From contig NC_043010.1 of assembly GCF_006345805.1 (NCBI RefSeq), positions 5,704,001 to 5,768,000 on the forward strand: a stretch of 64,000 bases of DNA, read 5' to 3'. The DNA comes from Octopus sinensis (Eukaryota). A model generated the notes under the pieces. The model saw only the letters and a program-made list of their open reading frames with translations. It was not told the DNA's origin and ran no database searches. Below, in pieces: positions 1-12,784 of this stretch (within the stretch, counting starts at the first letter, position 1; each line of letters begins with the position of its first letter). The translations under genes were made by a program, and so were the position numbers.

Positions 1-74
1 TTTTTTTTACTTTTTGCTATTCTTTTTAGAAATATGAATATATATATGTATGTTACACAAGCTCTCTCTCACTC

Positions 75-109
<35 letters not shown>

Positions 110-602
110 CTCTCATTCTCTCTTTCTCAGACACACACAGAGAAAAGTTTCATATATATATATATGTGCGTGTATGTATGTATTTATATATGTGTGTGTA
201 TAAATGTGTAGATATATATATATATATACAGGCAAACACACATAATATAAACAAACACATATATGCATACATACACATATATATGTGTGTGTGTACACGT
301 ATATATGTGTACATATATATACGTACACATATATGTGTACATATATATATATACACACACACATTTATATGTATATATATACATATTTACATATATATAT
401 ATATTTATAGTTATATATAAAAGTATATATATATATATATATGTATATATTTGCACCCTCTCACACACACACACACACACACACAAATATTCATATATAT
501 TTAGGTTTGTGTTTATGCAAGTATACATATTATCACTCTATCAATATTGTTTGATTTTTCCAAACAGTTCTTGTTATTCCACATATTTAGAAGATGGTTG
601 CA

Positions 603-655
603 TTATTCCCTCAGCTTTCCCCAAGACTTTTTCTTGGCTTCCATCATTAGAGCGA
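603..655 (-). CDS. Candidate terminal exon, duplicated copy, unknown host gene
   Basis: Same as 1676-1728: acceptor T11-ccatag, phase 1 frame (V)ALMMEAKKKSWGKLRE-stop. Confidence 0.3.
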
Positions 656-1211
656 CTATGGAAAAAAAAAAATCTTGAATTGCTTCACAGACTTCAGGGA
701 TAGAATGGAACATTTTGTTAGAGATATTTCTGTGTAATGTGAACAGGAAGGAAGACGCTCGTGCTAGCATGAGGATATTATATACATGGGTACAAATAGT
801 AGGACACTTATATAAATGTAAAAATATATTCACAGAATACAAGCACACACACACATACACACACACATATATATGTGTACGTATGAATGTATGCATGTGA
901 ATGTGTATGTGTATATGTATGTATGTGTATATTTGTATGTATATATGTACATGTATATGTATGCATTTGTATATATATGTATGTACATGTATATGTATGT
1001 ATGTATATGTTTATGTATATATATATAGATTTTTATATATATATGTGTGCATATATATATATTTGTATATGTATGCATATATATATATATTTGTATATAT
1101 TTATGTGTGTGTGTATATTTATATGTATGTATATGCATGTATATATATATTTGTTTATATATGTGTGTGTATATATATATATTTGTATATGTATATGTAT
1201 ATATGTATCTG

Positions 1212-1242
<31 letters not shown>

Positions 1243-1293
1243 ATGTATATATATATATATATGCATGTATATATATATATGTATATGTATATA

Positions 1294-1327
<34 letters not shown>

Positions 1328-1675
1328 CATATACACATGCATACATATATCCATATATTTTTTCTGTGTCCTTATCCATATCTCTCTTTTCCTCTCTCCC
1401 TCTCTCTCTCTTTCTCTCACACATATATATATATACACACACACATTTATATGTATATATATATATATACATATTTACATATATATATATATATATAATA
1501 TATATATATATATATGTATATATTTGCACCCTCTCACACACACACACACACACACACAAATATTCATATATATTTAGGTTTGTGTTTATGCAAGTATACA
1601 TATTATCACTCTATCAATATTGTTTGATTTTTCCAAACAGTTCTTGTTATTCCACATATTTAGAAGATGGTTGCA

Positions 1676-1728
1676 TTATTCCCTCAGCTTTCCCCAAGAC
1701 TTTTTCTTGGCTTCCATCATTAGAGCGA
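1676..1728 (-). CDS. Candidate terminal exon, unknown host gene
   Basis: Acceptor ttttttttttccatag, phase 1 frame (V)ALMMEAKKKSWGKLRE-stop. An alternative acceptor at 1801 also gives an open phase 1 frame (EISLTKCSILSLKSVKQFKIFFFHSRSNDG...), but only in the A10 copy. Confidence 0.35.
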
Positions 1729-2279
1729 CTATGGAAAAAAAAAATCTTGAATTGCTTCACAGACTTCAGGGATAGAATGGAACATTTTGTTAGAGATATT
1801 TCTGTGTAATGTGAACAGGAAGGAAGACGCTCGTGCTAGCATGAGGATATTATATACATGGGTACAAATAGTAGGACACTTATATAAATGTAAAAATATA
1901 TTCACAGAATACAAGCACACACACACATACACACACACATATATATGTGTACGTATGAATGTATGCATGTGAATGTGTATGTGTATAATGTGTATATGTG
2001 TATATTTGTATGTATATATGTACATGTATATGTATGCATTTGTATATATATGTATGTACATGTATATGTATGTATGTATGTATATGTATGTATATATATA
2101 TGATTTTTATATATATATGTGTGCATATATATATATTTGTATATGTATGCTATATATATATATTTGTATATATTTATGTGTGTGATATTTATATGTATGT
2201 ATATGCATGTAATATATATTTGTTTATATATGTGTGTGTATATATATATATTTGTTATGTATATGTATATATGTATCTG

Positions 2280-2310
<31 letters not shown>

Positions 2311-2360
2311 ATGTATATATATATATATATGCATGTATATATATATATGTATATGTATAA

Positions 2361-2404
<44 letters not shown>

Positions 2405-2552
2405 CACATGCATACATATATCCATATAATTTTTTCTGTGTCCTTATCCATATCTCTCTTTTCCTCTCTCCCTCTCTCTCTCTTTCTCTCACACATATAT
2501 ATATATATACATACATATATATATATGTATGTATGTGTGATTGTGTGTGTTG

Positions 2553-2617
<65 letters not shown>

Positions 2618-2734
2618 ATGCTTGTGTACTTATAGATGCATAAAGATATTTCCTTCCATTTGTGTTCAGGAAAAAAGAGATGGAGATCGTTAACAGATGC
2701 AAACACAAGCACAGGGAATTCCCACTAATAACAG

Positions 2735-2885
2735 GTACAACAATGGCTGAGTGGTGAAGAAGTTCACTTCATAACCACACAGTTCCAGGTTTGATCACAC
2801 ACCATGGTACCTTGGGCATGTATCCTGTTCCTGCAATACCCTTGTGTTAACCAAAGGAAAATAGACAGAAATTGGTATAAGCATT
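2735..2885 (+). mobile_element. SINE family A (CORE-type), degenerate 5' part
   Basis: Degenerate A box TGGCTGAGTGG, B-box-like GGTTTGATC, CORE-like ACCTTGGGCA. Confidence 0.55.
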
Positions 2886-2929
2886 TATATATGAGCATGT
2901 AGATACATTCAGTGTAATACATATATGAT

Positions 2930-2947
2930 AATATCTATATATATTAT

Positions 2948-2979
<32 letters not shown>

Positions 2980-2987
2980 ATATATAC

Positions 2988-3057
<70 letters not shown>

Positions 3058-3085
3058 CTATATATATATATATATATATATACTA

Positions 3086-3160
<75 letters not shown>

Positions 3161-3167
3161 TATTATA

Positions 3168-3209
<42 letters not shown>

Positions 3210-3225
3210 ATATATATATATATAT
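2930..3225. repeat. (TA)n microsatellite
   Basis: Direct observation. Similar TA, CA, GATA and ATGT tracts occur throughout the window. Confidence 0.98.
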
Positions 3226-3634
3226 AGGCGCAGGAGTGGCTGTGTGGTAAGTAGCTTGCTAACCAACCACATGGTTCCGGGTTCAGTCCCACTGCGTGGC
3301 ATCTTGGGCAAGTGTCTTCTGCTATAGCCTCGGGCCAACCAATGCCTTGTGAGTGGATTTGGTAGATGGAAACTGAAAGAAGCCTGTCGTATATATGTAT
3401 ATATATATGTGTATGTGTGTGTTTGTGTGTCTGTGTTTGTCCCCCTAGCATTGCCCGACAACCGATGCTGGTGTGTTTACGTCCCCGTCACTTAGCGGTT
3501 CGGCAAAAGAGACCGATAGAATAAGTACTGGGCTGCTCGATTAAAGGCGGTGCTCGATTAAAGTTGCTCGATTAAAGGCGGTGCTCCAGCATGGCCGCAG
3601 TCAAATGACTGAAACAAGTAAAAGAGTAAGAGTA
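3226..3634 (+). mobile_element. SINE family A, full length (tRNA head, CORE-like segment, internal microsatellite, CR1-like tail)
   Basis: A box TGGCTGTGTGG, B box GGTTCAGTCC, CTTGGGCAAGTGTCTT resembling the MIR/CORE domain, tail GGCGGTGCTCCAGCATGGCCGCAGTCAAATGACTGAAACAAGTAAAAGAG. Confidence 0.92.
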
Positions 3635-3710
3635 TATATATAAATACATACATAAACATATATATATATGTGTGTATGTGTGCAGAAATGGCTATGTAGT
3701 ATATATATAT

Positions 3711-4048
3711 GCGCAGGAGTCGCTTCTGAGTTCAGTCCCACTACATGGCACCTTGGGCAAGTGTCTTCTACTATAGCCTCAGTCTAGCCAAAGCCTTGTG
3801 AGTGGATTTGGTAGACGGAAACTGACAGAAGCCCATCGTATGTGTGTGTGTTTGTCCCTCCTCCCATAGCTTGACAACTGATGCTGGTATGTTTACATCC
3901 CATAACTTAGCAGTTTGGCAAAAGAGACCCATAGAATAATTACTAGGCTCATAAAGAATAAGACCTTGGGCCGATTTGTTCGACTAAAGTTGGTGCTCTA
4001 GCATGGCCACAGTCAAATGACTGAAACAAATAGAAGAATAAAAGAATA
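3711..4048 (+). mobile_element. SINE family A, internally deleted head
   Basis: Same body and tail as 3226-3634. Confidence 0.88.
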
Positions 4049-4594
4049 TATTTGTGAAAGGAAGAACACTGTGTGTGTGTGTGTGTATTTGTGCATTTGT
4101 GTGTGTATATGCATGTCTGTATTTATATTTCCTTATGTCTAAAAACCAGAGTTACTTATGCTAAGTCTGCCTATGTCTTGTATTAGCCTTGTGGTTTGTC
4201 AAGCAAAGATTGGTAATTGGCCAATCAAGTCCCTGACAAAATTAGGTCCAAGGATTAATATGATTCACAAAGCACATGAAGGCAGTGCCCCAGCATGGCC
4301 ACATTTCAAGGACAGAGTCTAGCAAAGGAGTAGTAATAGGTTTACAATAGCTACAATAAGAAAATATGATTGTATAAAAGACATTTACACAGAAATGGGA
4401 AAATAACAAAAGACAAAAACAATAACAAAAGAAACCATTTTTTTTTTCTTACTGTGATGAGGATGACACTTTTTACATCAACATACATAAATGGTAAGTT
4501 ATTTCCTTTGACTGGAATAAGGAACTTCCACCCACACACACACATGCACAGCAAACAAACACAAATATACATGTGTTTATATATATATTTTTAT

Positions 4595-4595
<1 letters not shown>

Positions 4596-4631
<36 letters not shown>

Positions 4632-4731
4632 CGTATATATATATATATATATAAACACACACACATATACACATGCATTTGTTTGCCTTTTTGTCCCTCA
4701 CACTTTCTCTATGTGCATATGTGTATGTATG

Positions 4732-4816
<85 letters not shown>

Positions 4817-4939
4817 ACATTATATGCAATCACATACACAGATACATATACATACAGAGATATACAGACAGACAAATGCACAGACAAACACACAGAGATA
4901 GACAGATAGACTAACAGATAGATAGATAGATAGATAGAT

Positions 4940-4994
<55 letters not shown>

Positions 4995-4995
4995 G
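4596..4995. repeat. (GATA)n and (TA)n microsatellite block
   Basis: Direct observation. Confidence 0.95.
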
Positions 4996-5961
4996 GATAT
5001 TACTTTTACACAAATACACACACCCTCAAACAAAGAATTTTGTTGCACTTTCATTGTGAAAAGACAATATTTACACTCACATCTACAAATTGAGTTACAC
5101 ATGAATATGTAAAGGAAAAGATGGTTGCTCCATACAAAAGACACTTCCACAAATATATCAAACGGTTTTGTTCTCATATATTCAAAAGGGAAATTATTTG
5201 TACTTGCAAATGTAAATAAAAACACCTTCAATTGTGAATACAAAACCCTCACCAAAGAAAAAGAAAACGACAAATATAAAAATGAAAACCTATTTGCGCA
5301 CGTATGAAAAAATATATATATATATGTACATAGATCTTAAAAATATTCTAGAGAAAATATGTTTACTCTTATGTGTAAGAAGAAGAAAATAAAATGTATT
5401 TGTACAGATGTGGATTTATGATTTCAGAAAGGACAAATTTATCACTTATGTGAAGAAGGAAATGTATTCGCATTTATCCACAGAAAATGAGGTGGGTAAT
5501 GTGTTTATATCTATATGCACATGCAAAATGAATAACATTTAAGGATACATATATGCATAAAATAAAATCAAAAAAATTTACTAGAAATCCCATAAAAAAT
5601 TATAAGCATTGAACTATGCATGCATATCATTATTATTATTGTTGTTGTTATTATTGCTATTATTTTTACTATATATTATATTTCATAGCTTCTACCCATT
5701 TGCAATTCAGTATAAAAGATAAAGTTTAAGGAAACACAGTCTATGGGTTTGTGAGGCAGTTTGAGGTGAAACTTCATTGATTAAGGTGATAAATTCATTT
5801 ATAAAAGCTGAAATGAATAATACAGTCTGTTTCAAGTCATTTGGAAATATTGAGGAATGGGAGGAGGCCCAGCAGTCTGACTATGTTAATTAGCATGGCT
5901 GCTTATAACTTCTCACATGTAAGACGTCTTCAATGGACATGTAATGAGAACAGTAATTATA

Positions 5962-6045
5962 TTAACCCTTTTCCTACCAACCCCATCAGGGACTGCTTTT
6001 GGCTCTAGGATGCAAACTGCTCAGTCTTAAAACTTTCTATGAAAA
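5962..6045 (+). mobile_element. Possible left end of a piggyBac-like MITE
   Basis: TTAA-CCCTTTTCCTACCAACCC resembles the left end at 20377. No right end found. Confidence 0.3.
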
Positions 6046-6049
6046 CATC

Positions 6050-6440
6050 TATACTCTTTACTCTTTTACTCTTTTACTTGTTTCAGTCATTTGACTGCGG
6101 CCATGCTGGAGCACCGCCTTTAGTCGAGCAAATCGACTCCGGGACTTATTCTTTTTAAGCCCAGTACTTATTCTATCGGTCTCTTTTGCCGAACCGCTAA
6201 GTGACGGGCACGTAAACACACCAGCATCGGTTGTCAAGCAATGCTAGGGGGACAAACACAGACACACAAACACACACACACATACACACTGATATATATA
6301 TATACATATATACGACAGGGTTCTTTCAGTTTCCGTCTACCAAATCCACTCACAAGGCATTGGTCAGCCCGGGGCTATAGCAGAAGACACTTGTCCAAGA
6401 TGCCACACAGTGGGACTGAACCCGGAACTATGTGGTTGGA
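6050..6440 (-). mobile_element. SINE family A, head truncated
   Basis: Reverse complement of the family A body and the (AAAAGAGT)n tail. Confidence 0.9.
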
Positions 6441-6444
6441 TAGA

Positions 6445-7165
6445 GACAAAGTGCTAAAACACAATCCAAAAAAGAATATTCACCAAAAAAAGCTAAAAGG
6501 TGTCCAGGCCTTCTCCTGTAAACCCAGCCAGCCTGGCCAGCCTACAGACCTCTGCCACGTATTCATCCACCTGCTCTCCCATCCATCTAATCATTCCCAG
6601 CTTAATAAAGGCTGTATATTCACACTCGGTGTAAGCCTCTCTCAGACGCTGCTCAATCTTCTCCTCACTCAGTTGTTCTTCTTTGTCCATATCGAGATAT
6701 AGAGTCAATGTGCTCCCTTCCAAATATAGTGCCATAAGGCTCGCCACTTCACTAATGCTTTGCAATCTCACCACAAGGCTGATTTTACACATCCAGGCCA
6801 CGACATCGCCCTCACCATTAAAGGGCCTGATAACTTCACTGGAGATCCTAATTTTAGCTGCCATTGTGGTGATGTCTTATGTGGAGTGCCAAATAGCTTG
6901 TGGTGAATGCGGGAGATTAGAAGTAAGACATCTACCTTCTCTTCGTCGATGCAGACCTCCCGGGTGGTAATGTACCCTTCCACATGGCCCAACCCAAAAT
7001 GCTAAAAATAGCAGCTGCTCTCCCTTACCTTATTGAAGCGCTTACACGTCCAGCACTCTTGGTTACCCCGATCGAAAAAGGCCCAATGGTCCCCTGCCTG
7101 CATGTGTGTCACCTACGTGCCCTTCCTCTTCCAGTCAGCTCCCCAGCTGCTGGTGTCATCCCACA
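6445..7165 (-). mobile_element. Gypsy-type LTR retrotransposon 5' fragment (putative LTR 7000-7165, PBS-like site, gag)
   Basis: TG...CA bounded 166 bp segment, then ttt-TGGGTTGGGCCA, then a gag-like ORF. Truncated at the SINE. Confidence 0.7.
6493..6864 (-). pseudogene. gag: Gypsy gag N-terminal fragment
   Basis: IRPFNGEGDVVAW...LYLEG...LYLDM...W.GEQVDEY..EVCRLARLAGF.GEGL matches the pattern I recognise from invertebrate Gypsy gag proteins. Confidence 0.75.
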
Positions 7166-7789
7166 GTATGGAGAAAGAATTATTAGCTTACTGATTAAAT
7201 TCTTATTAAAAAGGGCAAGGGAGACAACTACCAAAAAATTTTAATCAATTAAAATTAGCTAAAAAAAGGAAAGGAAATACAGATAATGCAGGGGAGTGAG
7301 GCGAATCATAGCAGGATGGTGAAAACTCCAGATATCTTTTGTCCTTATGGTCTTACTCAGTAAACACGCTTACACAAGGTGTTATGAGTGGTTGTGAAAA
7401 CATTTGACTTTCATAAGAGAAAAGTTTAAGGACAACTCAAGAATAACTAATGTTAAACAAATCAAAATTCCGTAAAAAAAGGAAGAAAGCTAAGAAAATA
7501 ATAAAAGTAAAATTAAATATAATAAACAGATGTTGATTTTTTTCTCCCCTTTCCTTTGTGCTAAAAGGAAAATAAAATCATTTTAATGCAAAAAACAAAT
7601 TAACAATCTATTGCAGTACTATCTTGGTTTGTCATTTCTTAACACACATGTTCATATAGAAACAAAAGTTTGTATATGTATATATATGTTTTCAAATATA
7701 CATGCATGTGTATGTAACTAAATATATTCGCATGTGTGCGTGTGTGCATGTGTGTGTGTGTGTGTGTTTTTGTGTGTGTGTGTGTGTGC

Positions 7790-7820
<31 letters not shown>

Positions 7821-7835
7821 CATGTGTGTGTTTGT

Positions 7836-7889
<54 letters not shown>

Positions 7890-7948
7890 TGAATGTGTTG
7901 ATGTGTATGTATGTAGGACAATATTTATGGGCTGCAAACTAATTTTAC

Positions 7949-8006
7949 CTTTTTCGTAGCTCTTCAGAGTTATTTTAAGAAGTCCTTTTGTGTCTCCAGT
8001 TTTATA
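7949..8006 (-). CDS. Candidate exon, unknown host gene
   Basis: Strong acceptor tttttcttttttttttag, donor AAG|GTAAAA. Only phase 0 is open: YKTGDTKGLLKITLKSYEK. Confidence 0.45.
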
Positions 8007-8239
8007 CTAAAAAAAAAAGAAAAATAGTAAATAGTAAACAAACAGTAACAACAATGGAGGAAAGAATAGATGGGGGAAGGGGTAAGGAAAGAAGTAAAAG
8101 AAAGAGAATAAGATCAAATAAAGGGAATGAGAAGAAGAGACAAAAGAGAAGAAGAAATTAGAAAAGTAGAAGTAAAAGCTGGACAGAAATTAAAATGTTT
8201 TTAAGAAGTTTAGGAAGTTGTGAAAAATCAATTAAATTC

Positions 8240-8936
8240 GTGGCAGTGTGATAAGAAGCTTGCTTCCCAACCACATGGTTCCAGGTTCAGTCCCACTGCA
8301 TGGCAACCTTGGGCAAGTGTCTTCTACTATAGCCTCAGGCTGACCAAAGCCTTGTGAGTGGATATGGTAGACAGAAACCGAAAAGGTGGCGAGCTGGCAG
8401 AAACGTTAGCATGCCGGGCAAAATGCTTAGTGTTATTTCGTCTGCCATTACGTTCTGAGTTCAAATTCCGCTGAGGTCAGCTTAGCCTTTCATTCTTTCG
8501 GGGTTGATAAATTAAGTACCAGTTATGCACTGGGGTCGATATAATTGACTTAATCCGTTTGTCTGTCTTTGTTTGTCCCCTCTGTGTGTAGCCCCTTGTG
8601 GGCAGTAAAGAAATAAGAAATTGAAAGAAGTCCTTCATATATATACATATACATACATATATATATAAGTGTGTGTGTGTCTCTTTGTGTCTGTGTGTCT
8701 GTATTTGTCCCACCACCACCACTTGACAACCAGTGCTGGTGTGTTTAAACACCTGAAACTTAGCAGTTCAGCAAAAGAGATTGATATAATAAGCACCAGG
8801 GGCAATTTATTTGTCTAAAACCCTTCAAGGTGGCGTCCCAGCATGGCTGCAGTCAAATGACTGAAGCAAGTGAAAGAATGAAAGAATGAAAGAATGAAAG
8901 AATGAAAGAATGAAAGAATGAAAGAATGAAAGAATA
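8240..8936 (+). mobile_element. SINE family A interrupted by a family B SINE; (GAATGAAA)n tail
   Basis: Head at 8240-8383, body resumes at 8616, tail is an 8 bp repeat. Confidence 0.85.
8384..8615 (+). mobile_element. SINE family B (tRNA head, Meta-domain-like centre)
   Basis: GGCGAGCTGGCAGAA A box, GTTCAAATTCC B box, GCCTTTCATTCTTTCGGGGTTGATAAATTAAGTACC centre, tail AGCCCCTTGTGGGCAGTAAAGAAAT. Imperfect TSD 8373-8383 / 8616-8626. Confidence 0.88.
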
Positions 8937-9064
8937 ATCAAATTATATTGTTATTTAAATAAATTGATTTAATATCTGACTGGCATGGATGGTAATTAAT
9001 CTGCAAAAAGAAAGAAGAAAATTATATACTTGATCTGTTTTTAGTATCGTTTTATCCAAAATAA

Positions 9065-9317
9065 GGGAGGTGTGTGGCTTAGTGGTTAGGGTGTCAGCAT
9101 CATGATCGTAAGATTGTGGTTTCGATTCCTGGAGCAGGTGACACGTTGTGTTCTTGAGCAAAATACTTCATTTCATGTTGCTCCAGTCCACTCGGCTGGC
9201 AAAAATGAGTAACGCTGTGATGGACTGGTGTCCCATCCAGCTGGGGAACACATATGCCATAGAAACCGGGAAACCGGGCCCGTGAACCTGGCTAGGCTTT
9301 AAAAGGGCGCAATTATT
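9065..9317 (+). mobile_element. SINE family D (tRNA head, V-domain-like GATGGACTGG motif)
   Basis: TGGCTTAGTGG / GTTTCGATTCC boxes and GATGGACTGGTGTCCCATCCAG. Related copy at 38421-38725. Confidence 0.75.
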
Positions 9318-10215
9318 ATTTTTTTTTTTATCCAAAATAAGGCACAACATTGATGTAGCACAATGAATTACAAAGAAAATAAAGAAGAGATCTATAAATT
9401 CAAATGATATTGATTAACAGAAAACTTAAAAGACTGGATACCATACCACAAGAGAAAAACAAGACCATTGTAATGAGTTCCAGACAACAGCAGTTCAAGG
9501 GAAAAAAAGCAATTAAAATAAAAAGACTTATGACCAACAAGAAGCTCAATAGAGAAACGATGCACCTGGGAAGAGAAGCAGGTAACATGTTTAAAGGTCT
9601 TCACGGAGAACTCTAGAACAGACAGTTTATCTGAGCACTTATGGAAATACACAACAATGATACAAATGGATGATGAACCTAAGACTCCAATCTTGTAGAA
9701 AGGAGATGACCTAACGTGTTAACTAGTTTCTGAATTCAACCAAGCATGTTAAGACATTCAGAGGAGTGTATTGATATTTCCTGAAGTATTTTCTTTTTGC
9801 TCAAAATTATGATTGTGAATTAATTGAAATATTAGCTACAATTAGAGGCTTTAGTCTAAATTATTTTAAAGTAGCTGCATTTCCATAGTCAGTCCTATGG
9901 CTTGATTCATAAAGCAATTGTCCTTAGTATAAAATATATTTAGGCTTAAGTTAAAATTTAATTTAATTATAAACAAAGTTTACTTTAATTAAAAACATGT
10001 CTACAGCTTACTATTTTTTTTATACGTATGATAAAAACCAAAAGTAGAATGCTTGGCAAAGCTATATCTTCAAATCAGAATGCTTGCTAAAGAAGGATTT
10101 AATAAAGTTAAAATAATTAAAATAATCAAGTCATAAGGAATGAAATAAAATATATAAGTAAAACATAATGCAGTTTCTCCAACACATTAGTTCCTAAAAT
10201 TTTATCATTTTTATC

Positions 10216-10640
10216 CTCGTTTAACATCCTCCTTCCATCATCGTTTAACGTCCTCCTTCCATGCTGGTGTGTGTTGGACGGTTTGACATGTGCCTGCACC
10301 ATACTTCTGTGTCTGTTTTGACATGGCTTTTTATGGTTGGATGCCCTTCCTAGCTCCAACCACCCTGCAGAGTGGACTGCATGTTTTTTTTTACATGGTA
10401 CCAGTTTTGGCATGGTTTTTACAGTTGGATGCCCTTCCAAATGCCAGCCACTTTACAGCTTGGACTGGATGCTTTATAAACGGCACCTACATTGGTAGGG
10501 TCACCAAGTAACTTTGCAAGACTAAGAATCTTTGAAAGAGGAGGGGGCATTGGTGGAGGCGATCTTGTGCCAGAGGATGAAGGCTAGAGTGTGACAGAGA
10601 GACAGAAACAAATGTCTTGATGTAGAAGTGGTACATGATT
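10216..10640 (-). mobile_element. Family C repeat (RTE-associated type), degenerate, with internal duplication
   Basis: CATCGTTTAACGTCC tail and two TGGATGCCCTTCC motifs. Confidence 0.7.
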
Positions 10641-10650
10641 ACCCAGCCAG

Positions 10651-10703
<53 letters not shown>

Positions 10704-11681
10704 GAGAGAGAGTTAATAAGAAAGAGGGCAGTGTAGGTGGGATGCTGTGAAGAAGATACATGGTTACCTAGCTTGAGGGAAGACATATTTCATTTTTTTC
10801 TTTGTGATGATTATTTAAATTATATTAGATTGATTTGTCATTATACACATGTGTGTGTGTACGCGTGTGAGAGCATGTGAGTGTATACATGTGTGCATCT
10901 ATATGTATACATACACATATAGATATATATACATGCATGTATACACAAGAGAACAAAAATTATATTGAATAGTATGTGATAAGAAAAGTAATTATAATCC
11001 TAAGTGAATAATATATGAAGATTAATGTTTAGCTAAATAAATAAATAAGACGTAGTAAATAAACAGTAAAACAAAAAGAAAAATATGGAATTGGATAAAT
11101 ATGTAATATTATATAAATGAGATTAATCTAATATATATGTGTGTGTATATGCTCTCATACATGTGTTCTTGTGTGTATATACATACATGTCTATATGTGT
11201 ATGTATATCTATTCATATTCATATGCAACTAATCAACGTTCATACACACATTTCCATGTATAATATACTAAAAATACAACATAATATGACATGGTGTAAA
11301 AGAAAAGAATATCAGAAATTATGCATAATAGAGCATATGGCAAATTATGCAAATAGTATGGATACAGCTATGTACAAATTAATCACGACTCACATGCATC
11401 TTCTAAAGTCAAACATTTGATATAATGAAATATATTATATTATGCATATCAAGTATGATACAATATTTTCATGTATATAACAATACTTATAGCAATGTAC
11501 TTGCACGGATTTTGGCAAGGATTAAATCATAATAATCCATTATAATATGAGGTATGTGGGAAAAAAAGATGTCATAGGAGTGATTTAACATTGGAAATAA
11601 TTGAAAAAGCAAGCACTAAATCAACTATTACACACTCACACATGCACATATATATGTGTGTATGCATATATTTATATATAT

Positions 11682-11830
11682 GCAGATGAGGGCAGCTGCA
11701 TCGAACTCTCTCATGCACCAAATGGCAGTTGCTAAAAAGCATTCGTGAAGTAAAATCATGTAGCAACACCAAATGGCGGTGCCCCAGCATGGCCACAGCT
11801 TGTGTGCTGAAACTAGATAAAATTAAAAAA
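11682..11830 (+). mobile_element. 5'-truncated 3' end of the CR1/L2-group LINE found at 33.1-37.1 kb
   Basis: GATGAGGGCAGCTGCATCGAACTCTCTCATGCACCAAAT...GGCGGTGCCCCAGCATGGCCACAGC is near identical to the reverse complement of 33135-33270. Confidence 0.92.
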
Positions 11831-12356
11831 ATAAAATAAAATATATATATATATATATATAAATGAGTGTTGAGTGTGTAAATATATATGCTTGTATGTT
11901 TTACTTGTGTTTGTGTGTGTGCATGTATACACACATATATGTACATATGTATATGTGTGTCTATTTGTGTTTGTATGTGTGTACGTATATATTTATTTTT
12001 CATTGAGTGCACAGGACTTGAGCATCCCCCCTTTGTGTTTTTTCTCCTACAAGCTGGTATGCTGGCTCTGAAAGTAATCAGCTGAAATAGTTGAGAACTT
12101 GTCTCAGTATTTCCCAACTTCTTGTTGTTGATGGTGACAGGAGCTGGGATTTGAATTCAGAACACACAGAATTGAAGCAGTTTCCATCCACAAAGCAATA
12201 TATCCAATGGCCTATATACGTGTGTGTGTGAGTGTGTATGTGTGTGTGTGTGTGTATATGTGCATGTTTTGTGTGTGTGTGTATTTGTGCATGTTTTGTG
12301 TATGTGTGTGTATTTGTGCATGTTTTTGTGTGTGTGTGTGTGTGTATTTGTGCATG

Positions 12357-12397
<41 letters not shown>

Positions 12398-12743
12398 CAT
12401 GTTTTGTGTGTGTGTGTATTTGTGCATGTTTTGTACATGTGTGTGTGTATTTGTGCATGTTTTGTGTGTGTGTGTGTATTTGTGCATGTTTTGTGTGTGT
12501 GTGTGTGTATTTGTGTATGTTTTGTGTGTGTGTTTTGCTTGAAAAAAATGTCATTAATTTTTATTGGGTGTGGCTGTAGTGCCTATTCCATTTATCATTT
12601 GTTTTGACAGGAAACCTCTACCTGTCCAAGTGACAGTCAACAACATTGGAACATATCCAATATTGTCAGTTAATGGCTAAAAGTCTACTGCCAGACTTTC
12701 GATGCATCTCTCGGCTGACACTGCATTGCCAAGGTGGGCTCAC

Positions 12744-12784
12744 AATACGCACATTTCCACACACATTTACAAATACGCTAAATT
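12744..12784 (-). CDS. Candidate exon, unknown host gene
   Basis: Acceptor tttttcccatctag, donor ATT|GTGAGC. Only phase 1 is open: xFSVFVNVCGNVRI, ending in phase 0. Confidence 0.4.

Larger units (their letters stand above)
345..2495. repeat. Tandem duplication, unit about 1072-1073 bp, two copies
   Basis: Unique anchors recur at a fixed offset: TTGCACCCTC 451/1524, GAAGATGG 590/1663, CTTATCC 1371/2443. The unique core is near identical except an A11 run (copy 1) versus A10 (copy 2). Confidence 0.95.

Noticed and set aside
603-896. Resemblance of FHSIPEVCEAIQDFF to a mariner transposase C-terminus
   Set aside because: The YSPDLAP motif is absent, spacing is off by one, and no TIR was found; too weak.
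34-2712. Many long ORFs rich in Y/I/C/V/H/T (also at 12 kb, 21 kb, 30 kb, 43 kb, 53 kb, 62 kb)
   Set aside because: Translations of TA/CA/ATGT microsatellites that lack stop codons.
2670-2734. Plus-strand exon [21 protein letters not shown]
   Set aside because: The donor is supplied by a SINE head, and no partner exons were found.
3226-3300. tRNA genes
   Set aside because: The A/B boxes are SINE heads that run on into SINE bodies; no complete cloverleaf.
4461-4492. Plus-strand exon DDTFYINIHK with GTAAGT donor
   Set aside because: Isolated; shows how easily pseudo-exons arise here.
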